The notes below the pieces were generated by a model. That model saw only the letters and a program-made list of their open reading frames with translations. It did no database searches and was not told the DNA's origin. Positions 19,100 to 27,104 of a stretch of 64,000 nt of DNA are shown in pieces (position 1 is the stretch's first letter; every line of letters begins with the position of its first letter). Source of the stretch: a virus; IMG/VR virus record IMGVR_UViG_3300045988_110372, positions 1 to 64,000 of that record. One strand, written 5' to 3'. A program made the translations under genes and the position numbers.

Positions 19100-19320
19100 C
19101 GCTTAGAGTAAAGCCCATGCTTAGGCGAACTGGGGAGTTAATGAACGGTAGCATGGATGCGGCATACACGCATAGGTTCTAAAAGTTGTTTCATGTATGC
19201 AGGTAAACAACCACGACTGATGGGGTGCGATGTGACGACTTGTTACATTAAAAATCCAAAAGAGTGTAACCTAAAAAGAGGATTGTACCTCTAAAGGGGA
19301 ATTTACACTCTTTCCAAAAT
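19100..19320 (+). ncRNA. candidate structured non-coding RNA (strand uncertain)
   Basis: A roughly 220-nt ORF-free stretch that is visibly more GC-rich than its flanks. It has several nested stems of at least 7 bp:
- CCATGCT/AGCATGG (19116-22 with 19150-56).
- GCATACA/TGTATGC (19163-69 with 19194-200), competing with GTTGTTT/AAACAAC (19185-91 with 19205-11).
- GAGTGTAA/TTACACTC enclosing AGAGG/CCTCT (about 19262-19310). Confidence 0.35.
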
Positions 19321-19460
19321 GCTCAGTTCAAACTTATTACCCTGAATAGCTAATGTATATAATAGGAATATTATAGTAAGTATATATTACTAATTAGGTT
19401 ATTAGTTAATTTATTCCTATATAAAATATTTATTCATGTCAATTTTTAATTTAGTAAAAA

Positions 19461-20494
19461 ATGTCTAAAAATCAACAACAGAAGAATTTATCGAAAAAGC
19501 AAGAGCTGTACACGGTGACTAGTACGATTACAGCAAAGTTGAATATAAAGGAAACAAAATTAAGGTATGTATAATTTGTCCTATACATGGAGAATTTTGG
19601 CAGAGACCAAATGACCATTTAAGTGGTTATGGATGTAAACTTTGTGCTAACTTTGAGAATGGGGAAAGGTGTAAGAGTAATATTGATGAATTTATTAAAA
19701 AAGCCGAACAAATTCATACGGGTAAATATGATTATTCCAAAGTTGAGTATATAAATAATCATACGAAAGTATGTATTATATGCCCGATTCACGGAGAGTT
19801 CTGGCAAATTCCAAATTCACACTTATTAGGTCACGGATGCCCATATTGTGCTAACTGTAAAAAGATAGATGAGAATGCGTTTTTAGAAAGGGCTAAAGCT
19901 GTTCATGGCGCGAAATACGATTATTCTCAGGTTGAATTTGTCGACAGTAAAACGTATGTTAATATAATTTGTTCAAAACATGGTAGTTTTTGGCAAACAC
20001 CTGAAAGTCATTTAAGAGGAGCAGGATGTCCTCGTTGTTCTTCTTCTAGGGGAGAGAAGGAGATAGAACGTTTTCTAAATATTTTGGGCGTTAACTTTCA
20101 ACCTCAATACCAAATAAATCTTGAACAAAAAATGTTTTCAAGAAACAACATAAGGGTTGATTTTTATCTACCAAAGTATAGCACTATAATAGAGTTTAAT
20201 GGGAAGCAGCATTATGAGTATAATTCATTTTTCTATAAAAATAGAGATGACTTTGATATACAAGTTGAACGAGATAAAAGATTAAAAGAGTATTGCAAGA
20301 ACAACAAGATAAATCTTATTATAATTAAATATAAAGATATAGATAAAATAGAAAAAATACTTGAAAAAAACATAATTAAGTTAATAAAAGCTAAATGTTT
20401 GGATGCTTTTGTTGAAGTTGCCAAAGATTATGTACCTTTACAACACTATGATAGTTTTATAAAAGATATTAATTTAAAGTTTAAAGACCTATGA
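19461..20494 (+). pseudogene. decayed homing-endonuclease-like gene (3 Zn-ribbon repeats plus a Vsr/PD-(D/E)xK-like nuclease domain)
   Basis: The ATG at 19461 is out of frame with the homologous reading frame by one nucleotide, at the A5 run 19467-71. There is also an in-frame TAG at 19520-22, giving 'VHGD*YDYSKV'. The paralog at 29768-30763 reads 'VHGDEYDYSKV' at that position. The rest is open to 20494. It has three 'HG..YDYS.VEY...K....C..HG.FW..P..H..G.GC..C' repeats and a C-terminal 'IRVDFYLPKYSTIIEFNGKQHY'. Confidence 0.7.
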
Positions 20495-20742
20495 AAATTC
20501 TATTTATCATTGCACTTTGCATTTTTGTTGCGCTCTCTTTCTACAAGTACAAATGTACTTCAATCAGCAAGTATATCAATTTCGTTGACAAGGAACTGAT
20601 GAATATCGAAACCATGAAGCGTGACCTTGAAGATTTAAGTCCTAAGGCATGTACGTTTACTTATTGTTTTGGTTATATAACCTCTCTTCTTGTGAAGCTT
20701 TCAATCGTATATCTTTCATGTTTAGGAATTTCAACACTATGA
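20491..20742 (+). CDS. small membrane protein (83 aa)
   Basis: Two hydrophobic segments. The start overlaps the upstream stop. Confidence 0.45.
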   Translation: MKILFIIALCIFVALSFYKYKCTSISKYINFVDKELMNIETMKRDLEDLSPKACTFTYCFGYITSLLVKLSIVYLSCLGISTL

Positions 20743-21005
20743 CAAACAATGAAAAGATTGATTTTATAGACAGTGTTCTAGTATATAGTTTCCAATGGGA
20801 AATAAATTTTAAGAACATACTTTTGTCTAGGATAAAGAAAGCTATGCCCGAAGCGTTAGATGTAAGTATATGTGACGATTCTTTCGACAATTATTACGTA
20901 TGCGTAATTTATAAGGATGAAACAATTCACAGCCTTTACGAAATACAAGACGGACTAGTTATTGACATGCTTTATGATTTGTGTCTGTTTATTAAGGAGG
21001 ATTGA
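20739..21005 (+). CDS. hypothetical protein (88 aa)
   Basis: I chose the ATG at 20739, which forms an ATGA overlap with the upstream stop, over the track start at 20649. Confidence 0.5.
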   Translation: MTNNEKIDFIDSVLVYSFQWEINFKNILLSRIKKAMPEALDVSICDDSFDNYYVCVIYKDETIHSLYEIQDGLVIDMLYDLCLFIKED

Positions 21006-21007
21006 CT

Positions 21008-21148
21008 ATGGAAATATATTACACTGAAGAAGAAATCAGGAATTTCCCAAGATGTGCCTTATGTGGAAGAATAATATTTCCTGACGAACCTATTTATGGC
21101 AATTTTGTATACTATTGTGAATATTGTTGGTTTAATCATGTAAATTGA
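21008..21148 (+). CDS. small Zn-ribbon protein (46 aa)
   Basis: 'CALCG...CEYC' forms two CxxC pairs. It is below the ORF-track cut-off. Confidence 0.4.
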   Translation: MEIYYTEEEIRNFPRCALCGRIIFPDEPIYGNFVYYCEYCWFNHVN

Positions 21149-21224
21149 GCCTATGGATTTCGGACAAGATTACCCAAGTGACGAAGAATACGATGATTTT
21201 GACAATTATAATGATGAGTAATTT

Positions 21225-21443
21225 ATGCAAAGAAACTATGTGATAAACAGAGGCAATTTTGAAATAAGAATTGACTTTGGAAAAGAAAACTCAAAGGACT
21301 ATACCACAATGGTAAAGTCCGAAGTAAAAGACGGAAAGGTAAAGGTTGTTGAAGCAACTACTTTAGGGAAAGCCTACAAATGGGATAAGGATAGGATAAA
21401 CTCGTATCTCATGGAATTATACGGATTGGAGGATAAAGAATGA
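21225..21443 (+). CDS. hypothetical protein (72 aa)
   Basis: Intact ORF. No motif recognised. Confidence 0.5.
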   Translation: MQRNYVINRGNFEIRIDFGKENSKDYTTMVKSEVKDGKVKVVEATTLGKAYKWDKDRINSYLMELYGLEDKE

Positions 21444-21594
21444 AGGAATTTTAATGTTTTATATTGTATTTAATTATTTGTGGCGTTCCAATAGAACTGA
21501 TATTAAGATATTTCAATTACACCCCTAACATAATGGAAAGTCTTATCCTAGGTGCTTGCTTTTGTATCTTATACGAAATTAACAATAAAAAGAA

Positions 21595-21633
21595 ATCCCC
21601 ACCTGCTGAATGAGTAAGTGGGGATGTTTATTG
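21595..21633. terminator. bidirectional intrinsic terminator
   Basis: The stem ATCCCCAC/GTGGGGAT (21595-602 with 21618-25) is flanked by A/T runs and lies between convergent genes. Confidence 0.6.
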
Positions 21634-21636
21634 TAT

Positions 21637-22198
21637 TTAAACTAATTCTACATATAAACCTACTAGCGCACTTAAATCGTGGCTTAATGGAATGCCGCTG
21701 TCACGTGTACATCTGTATAACACGCCATCCTGGGTATAGTATTTATTGGCAAATATTTCCATAGGAGGCGTATATGGAATAGCATCATCTATTGTACCCT
21801 CATGTTCTTCATCAACTACTTTCCACAATGATGCAGTTTCAAGACCTGGCTTCCCAAAGCAAATCGTCACACTGATATTTTTCTCCTTTCTTCACCGACA
21901 AGTCATCCGCTGACCACATCGGGAAAAGCGACTTTCTTTCGAGTGCCTGATTATTCGTAATAGGAATAGCGTGATACATTCAGGTATAACATAAGCCTTG
22001 TATGAGTATTCGTCTATCTTATCAAGCGAATCAATATCTTTCACCGCTTCATCGTGCTTCATTATTCCGTTGGCTTCTTCTTCCGTCACTTCAATGTAGT
22101 TGTCTTAACTTACATTCTCTCCTTTCACAGACTTATAAAAAAAACATCTTGTCCTTATCCGACAAGTAATATCCTTCTTTTGCTTTTATCTCTTTCAT
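21637..22198 (-). pseudogene. fragmented gene for a protein with an aromatic 'W..Y..G..Y.C' (CBM5/12-like) motif
   Basis: Coding potential continues across at least three frame changes and one in-frame TAA at 22105-07. The first break falls in an 8-nt homopolymer at 22137-44. The fragments read 'MKEIKAKEGYYLSDKDKMFF', '...DNYIEVTEEEANGIMKHDEAVKDIDSLDKIDEYSYKAYVIPE', 'AIPITNNQALERKSLFPMWSADDLSVKKGEKYQCDDLLWEA' and 'KPGLETASLWKVV...YYTQDGVLYRCTRDSG...DLSALVGLYVELV'. Confidence 0.55.
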
Positions 22199-22212
22199 AA
22201 TTACTCCTTTCG

Positions 22213-23133
22213 TTATGCGGATGCAAGTGAAACATTTGGTTGTGCTTCAAGTGCTGCTACTACATCAGGGTCAGCATTATACTTATTATAACAATAAGCC
22301 GAAAGTGTAATTGTAATTTTTTTTGTTGGTGCTGCGTTGTTAATGATGTAAAGTAGGCTGTCTTTGGCAAATAATGATGAGCTGGTTATATTTAACGATG
22401 TATTAAGTTTTGATATGTTTGCAAATTGCATAGACACACAATTAGTAAACATATAATCAATATCCACATCATTACTTGCATCAAACTGTAGTATATAAAT
22501 TAAAGAAGAACAACCAGTAAACATATAACTCATATCTATAGCACTGCTTGTATCAAACTGTGGCACAGAAGTTATAGAATAACAGTTAAAAAACATGTGA
22601 TTTATAAACACAGCACTGCTTGTATCAAATTTTGGAACATAAATTAAAGAAGAACAACCAGCAAACATATAATTCATATCTACAGCACTGCTTGTATCAA
22701 TCATAGGAATGAATATTAGCGAACTACAATCTTTAAACAATTTGCTTAAACTTGCCCTTTTGCTTGTATCAATCTTAGGAAGATAAACAATTCTATCTTT
22801 ATATTCCTGAATATTATCAATAGTCAACACACCATACAGGTCAATATTATCCTGCGGTACTTTATGATAAACATCATCTTCTTCATTCCAATTAACACCG
22901 TGCGTCTGATAGTATTCTATATCTTCATCAGTCCAACCAATAGCTTTCAACCCCTCTACGTCTGCATGACCTGTAAAACCACTACTTCCACCACCGCTTT
23001 GAATACTTGCAATCTTATCGGGGTAGTTAGCCAACACATCTCCCACATCACTAACGCCTTTCGCTTCGATAGCAGCCTTAATCTTTGCTTTGCTATCTAA
23101 TATTTTATTTAATTTCTCTGCCGTTGTTCCCAT
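22213..23133 (-). CDS. BspA/DUF285-type leucine-rich-repeat protein (306 aa)
   Basis: At least four 26-residue repeats, 'F..C.SLI.IP.fDTSSA.dM.YMF.gCSSLI', follow an N-terminal 'AEKLNKILDSKAKIKAAIEAKG' segment. Confidence 0.7.
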   Translation of the reverse strand: MGTTAEKLNKILDSKAKIKAAIEAKGVSDVGDVLANYPDKIASIQSGGGSSGFTGHADVEGLKAIGWTDEDIEYYQTHGVNWNEEDDVYHKVPQDNIDLYGVLTIDNIQEYKDRIVYLPKIDTSKRASLSKLFKDCSSLIFIPMIDTSSAVDMNYMFAGCSSLIYVPKFDTSSAVFINHMFFNCYSITSVPQFDTSSAIDMSYMFTGCSSLIYILQFDASNDVDIDYMFTNCVSMQFANISKLNTSLNITSSSLFAKDSLLYIINNAAPTKKITITLSAYCYNKYNADPDVVAALEAQPNVSLASA

Positions 23134-23134
23134 A

Positions 23135-23695
23135 TCAAATCACCTCCTTAAACCATTTATAACCATAAGCGGTTTTTAATTTACCGTTCAAAGCTGACGA
23201 GATATTGCAACCTTTTACGTTTAAACTTTTAGCCGCCTCACATACTCCATTATAATGAATAATATTTCCGTTTTTATCTATAGAATATATTCTTTTCCTT
23301 TGGGTAATACCTGCAATTATATGCCTTCCATTATAGGTGTTATTGTATTTTATATCACACCATTCAAGATTTCCTTTTCTATTATCACTTTTATTCTCGT
23401 TTTTATGATTAATAAACTTATAATTTTCTTTATTATCAATAAATGCTTCTGCTACAAGTCTATGCACTTTACACATCTTTACATGACCTTTTTCGTTTCT
23501 AAACATAACGGTAGAATATCCATCTTTATCTTTGTACAAACGAAGTTCTTTTTCTTTATATAAAACTGTTCTACCCATTGAATCTACCTGCTCATATCTA
23601 TTCCTTTTTACTTTCCCATTATCACTAATACTATATTTAGGGAAATTATCTATAACTTTCCACATATTTATTACTATATTACACACTTTCACCAT
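23135..23695 (-). CDS. free-standing HNH homing endonuclease (NUMOD4 / HNH_3 / IENR-type)
   Basis: It has 'WKVIDNFPKYSISDNGKV' (NUMOD4-like), 'HRLVAEAF...INHKNENKSDNRKGNLEW' (HNH) and a C-terminal 'AYGYKW'. An alternative ATG lies at 23665. Confidence 0.8.
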   Translation of the reverse strand: MVKVCNIVINMWKVIDNFPKYSISDNGKVKRNRYEQVDSMGRTVLYKEKELRLYKDKDGYSTVMFRNEKGHVKMCKVHRLVAEAFIDNKENYKFINHKNENKSDNRKGNLEWCDIKYNNTYNGRHIIAGITQRKRIYSIDKNGNIIHYNGVCEAAKSLNVKGCNISSALNGKLKTAYGYKWFKEVI

Positions 23696-23933
23696 TTATT
23701 GAATCCAAAATAGCATCAATGTTTCCGATTTGCTCTAATGTAGCATACTTTCCGTCTGCCTGAGTAGATGTGATAAAACCGCTTACATCAGGTATATCAC
23801 TTGGTTTAGCCAACTGATTTGTTTCAATATATTTAGGTACACCACTTCCATCAGAAACATATATTCTTTCTGTACCTTGTATATCACTTACTTTATCCGT
23901 AAGTTCACTTAGTTTCTTTCCGTTTACTGCCAT
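23679..23933 (-). CDS. hypothetical virion-module protein (84 aa)
   Basis: Intact ORF in the structural block. No motif recognised. Confidence 0.55.
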   Translation of the reverse strand: MAVNGKKLSELTDKVSDIQGTERIYVSDGSGVPKYIETNQLAKPSDIPDVSGFITSTQADGKYATLEQIGNIDAILDSINGESV

Positions 23934-23935
23934 AA

Positions 23936-24250
23936 TTATTTATTGTTTGTAAAGTGCCAATAATTTTTATCTACCTTCTTGGAGGTAGCCGTATTTTTGC
24001 TTGTAGTAGAACGTGGTTTTCTTGTTTTCGTAGTCGTATTGGTATCATTTACCTGATTAACACTGAAAGTCTGTAAAACCGCACTATCTTCAAGTATAAA
24101 ATAGCTTCCATCTTCCATAAGAAACAAACTTCCGTCCTCCATCAGCAAAGCATCCGTTATATCAGGCTCAGGAGGATTTACGTTTGCATTTCCCAATTTA
24201 GGTGCAGGGTATCTTAACCCTACACCAATTCCTATATTGAATCCACCCAT
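23936..24250 (-). CDS. hypothetical protein (104 aa)
   Basis: Intact ORF with an internal duplication 'LLMEDGSLFLMEDGSYFILED'. Confidence 0.55.
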   Translation of the reverse strand: MGGFNIGIGVGLRYPAPKLGNANVNPPEPDITDALLMEDGSLFLMEDGSYFILEDSAVLQTFSVNQVNDTNTTTKTRKPRSTTSKNTATSKKVDKNYWHFTNNK

Positions 24251-24252
24251 AG

Positions 24253-24519
24253 CTATTCCATACCGTAAAAAATTCTGTAACTTGTCAAATCTTCCGGCTT
24301 TACGTTAAGCTTCGTACATACGACAGGATTCCACGTACTTGACATGAATGGGAAATCCACAAGCCCAGTATTATCTGCAAGCTGTACGTTTATTACGTAT
24401 ACCGAAGCCGCATCGGTGGATTTAGGTACAAGCATGATATAGAAAGAATCAACCTTGTTAAATTCTCCCTGACTTGTTATCTCTCCACCGTTTCTTATCT
24501 TGTCACTCATAAAAGACAT
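24253..24519 (-). CDS. hypothetical protein (88 aa)
   Basis: Intact ORF. No motif recognised. Confidence 0.55.
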   Translation of the reverse strand: MSFMSDKIRNGGEITSQGEFNKVDSFYIMLVPKSTDAASVYVINVQLADNTGLVDFPFMSSTWNPVVCTKLNVKPEDLTSYRIFYGME

Positions 24520-24539
24520 ATTTACCTCCTTTTTAAAAA

Positions 24540-24914
24540 TTAGTTATTGTTTATACCACACTGTTGACATTTCTCTTTGAAAGTCTGCATAACAATACAA
24601 TCTTCTGCTTTCTTTACGAACTTGCATCCGCTTGAAGCGTAGATAGCTTCGTGTTTTATATCAACCCTCAAAGACAATTCCCTTACCTCTTTTTTCAAAG
24701 CGTTTATTTCTTCGGTAGTAGTCTTTCGGTATTCTTTGCTGCTTTCCGAGTTTTGCTTGATAACATCTTGCAACTCGTCAATCACAGTACGCATATTCTC
24801 AATCTCAATGCTGTTTTTCTTTGGTTTTGCATTGTAGAAATTGAGAATCCATCCACCGCCAAGAAATGCTCCAACTGGGACTAATACATTCTGTACTATT
24901 TCCGACCACTCCAT
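24540..24914 (-). CDS. membrane-anchored coiled-coil protein (124 aa)
   Basis: An N-terminal TM 'VLVPVGAFLGGGWILNF' is followed by a heptad-like region. The gene abuts the portal stop. Confidence 0.55.
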   Translation of the reverse strand: MEWSEIVQNVLVPVGAFLGGGWILNFYNAKPKKNSIEIENMRTVIDELQDVIKQNSESSKEYRKTTTEEINALKKEVRELSLRVDIKHEAIYASSGCKFVKKAEDCIVMQTFKEKCQQCGINNN

Positions 24915-26489
24915 TTACTCTTTACTTGCGCCTCCTACGCCATTTTGATTTGAATCAACATTACTGTTTCCACCATCTCCGTTATTATTGTTCCCGTATT
25001 GCAAGGACATTTCTTTTTCTTTAAGCTTAAACTCTTCCTCTTTCTGCTTTTTCATTCTAATCTTTTCGTCAGGTGAACTTTCAGTATTCTTGTCAATCAG
25101 CGTTTCTTCCGAAATGCCACCTGCGCCTTTAAGAGAAATAAGCATGTTGTTGTATTCTGTATCGTTCTGCGGTCGCCATACCTTGAACTTCGCATTAATG
25201 TCTATGCTTTCAAAATCAGTCACAGCCGTAAGATTCTTGCCGTTATTGACAAGTTCCTTTGCAAGTCCTTCCTTAAACAACCGGCACATCTTATCCGCAA
25301 AATTCTGCCAGTCAATAACACCCTGCAAGGCTGTTTCAATATCCAAAGACTGTGTAAGCATGATAGCCTGAGCCGAAATATCACCTGAACTTTTCACATC
25401 TTTAGGCAGCAGGAAAGTAGCACCGCATCCTTTCTGAATGGTTTCTTCCATAAGACCAAGCGTATCAATCATATTCTGCGGACTAGGCGGTGTCTTGAAA
25501 TCTGCACTACCGTTGCCTTCCATAGAAGTGTCATTCAGAATGACCGCACCTGCGACCTTTTCAGACAAAGCCTTGAAGTTACCTTTTACATACAAGATAC
25601 CCCAACCGTGCCGCTTCTGAATAACCAAGAACACGTTGTATATAACCTCGTAAACTTCGATTATGCTCTGTACGTTATCCCAAGCTACACGACCTCTCTT
25701 AGTCACCAAAGGTATCTCACTGAATCCGTGCGGCACTGGCTTTTCCATTCTCCAGCTATAAGGATTTACGCTGTCGTCATTCCATTCGCATACATATCTG
25801 TACATATACGTATCGTCATAGCTGTCAATGTACTGCGTATCTCCTACTGAATAATACACCGATTCAAGTATTCTGTCACCGTTCTCGTCATTGTGAGGGC
25901 AAAGAATATATCCATCTTCGTAGCTTAACAGTCTAGCCTTGATTCTGCCTTTATAGTCAAAGTAAAACAAAAGACCTGCATCTCCGTAAGACTTCTGCGC
26001 ACTTACAGCCTTTGTACGCATACCGTCCATATTTCTCAAATTCCAATACTGCTTGAAATCAATGAAAGCCTTGTTCTGTTTTTCGTCAGGCTCTGTATTC
26101 ATCAGCGTGAACTGCATAGGGTTTCCGCACAAGTGAAGAACGTGCTTGTCCCTGATTAATCTCTGATAAGGAACAGCCATTTTCTTGTATTCTATCTCAT
26201 ACATCTGCCCTTTCTTGTTCTTCATGGTAATGGACGGTATATTCTCGTCAAACAGTACCTTGTGGCTCATAGGGTCTAGTTCTCTGACAAACTCGTCCTG
26301 ACTTACTACGTTTCTCTTGATATTAGACAGCGTAGCCTGAATCTTGCCGTTTATGGAAACTTCCTTATCCAAGAAACCATAGTGGCAGTTATTACCAGCG
26401 ACAGTGCCCCTCGTGAAAGGCTTCTTCTCCAAAAGCTTTTCAGGTTCTGCCAACAATTCATCAATAAGTTTTCTAGTCTTGCTATTCAT
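24915..26489 (-). CDS. putative portal protein
   Basis: About 525 aa, encoded downstream of terminase, with a charged and Gly/Asn-rich C-terminus. I chose the ATG at 26489, which forms an ATGAATAG overlap with the upstream TAG stop, over the TTG at 26534. The call rests on size and synteny only. Confidence 0.6.
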   Translation of the reverse strand: MNSKTRKLIDELLAEPEKLLEKKPFTRGTVAGNNCHYGFLDKEVSINGKIQATLSNIKRNVVSQDEFVRELDPMSHKVLFDENIPSITMKNKKGQMYEIEYKKMAVPYQRLIRDKHVLHLCGNPMQFTLMNTEPDEKQNKAFIDFKQYWNLRNMDGMRTKAVSAQKSYGDAGLLFYFDYKGRIKARLLSYEDGYILCPHNDENGDRILESVYYSVGDTQYIDSYDDTYMYRYVCEWNDDSVNPYSWRMEKPVPHGFSEIPLVTKRGRVAWDNVQSIIEVYEVIYNVFLVIQKRHGWGILYVKGNFKALSEKVAGAVILNDTSMEGNGSADFKTPPSPQNMIDTLGLMEETIQKGCGATFLLPKDVKSSGDISAQAIMLTQSLDIETALQGVIDWQNFADKMCRLFKEGLAKELVNNGKNLTAVTDFESIDINAKFKVWRPQNDTEYNNMLISLKGAGGISEETLIDKNTESSPDEKIRMKKQKEEEFKLKEKEMSLQYGNNNNGDGGNSNVDSNQNGVGGASKE

Positions 26490-27081
26490 CTCCGTTCTCG
26501 TTTTCGTGTTCTTTAATACTATTCGGGTTCTCAATCAAATTCCAATGCTGCATCGCATATTCCTTTGTCTGCACCCAACACTCCCTATGTGTATGAGGAC
26601 ATATCGTGTTGAACTTGGTTTCTACGATTATCCTCTGCTCGTCCTGCTTCTCCGATACAGCAAACTTGTCGTTCAGCTTTGTACGGATTTCAATATCAAG
26701 CTTGATAAAATCCTTAGCGTCAAGTTCACCGTTCTCGTTCATCTCCTTAATCTTTGCAAGGTTCTTAATCAACTGTTCCTTGTTTTCTTCAAAGGTAATA
26801 TCATCGTACTTTACCTTGCAGCTAGTTGCCGTGTTTACATCTCCCTTATCCGCATAATTGGACTTCATGTATTTTCTCAAATACCGCATCTTCTGACTTT
26901 TGTCGTACTTGTCAAGTACATCAGAAGTAAAGTCCTTACCGAAAAGACCTGCATAGACAATGTTCTTGTCCTTGAAGCTTCTGCAAAGAATAACGTAGAA
27001 TATATCTCTGACGCTTATCTCATGCTTCATCTTCTTGCCATCGTCTATAATCTTCGTAATGTCCTCTATCGCTATCGCCAT
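26482..27081 (-). CDS. hypothetical protein between terminase and portal (199 aa)
   Basis: Intact ORF ending in TAG at 26482-84. Confidence 0.6.
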   Translation of the reverse strand: MAIAIEDITKIIDDGKKMKHEISVRDIFYVILCRSFKDKNIVYAGLFGKDFTSDVLDKYDKSQKMRYLRKYMKSNYADKGDVNTATSCKVKYDDITFEENKEQLIKNLAKIKEMNENGELDAKDFIKLDIEIRTKLNDKFAVSEKQDEQRIIVETKFNTICPHTHRECWVQTKEYAMQHWNLIENPNSIKEHENENGDE

Positions 27082-27104
27082 ATATATCTCTTATATTTAA
27101 AATA

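Noticed and set aside
19520-19522. The in-frame TAG in an otherwise conserved endonuclease reading frame could indicate TAG stop-codon reassignment, as in some gut phages.
   Set aside because: - TAG terminates well-delimited genes in this window: the primase-helicase at 2802-04, the GIY-YIG ORF at 44357-59, and the 199-aa ORF at 26482-84, whose stop overlaps the portal ATG.
- The same gene also has a frameshift.
- No suppressor tRNA is visible.
- Large late genes contain no internal TAG.

A decaying pseudogene is the simpler reading.
20562-20571. 'AATCAGCAAG' resembles a group I intron Q element downstream of the decayed endonuclease gene.
   Set aside because: It is an isolated match. No partner P, R or S elements and no P7 pairing occur nearby. 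It lies inside a small membrane-protein ORF.
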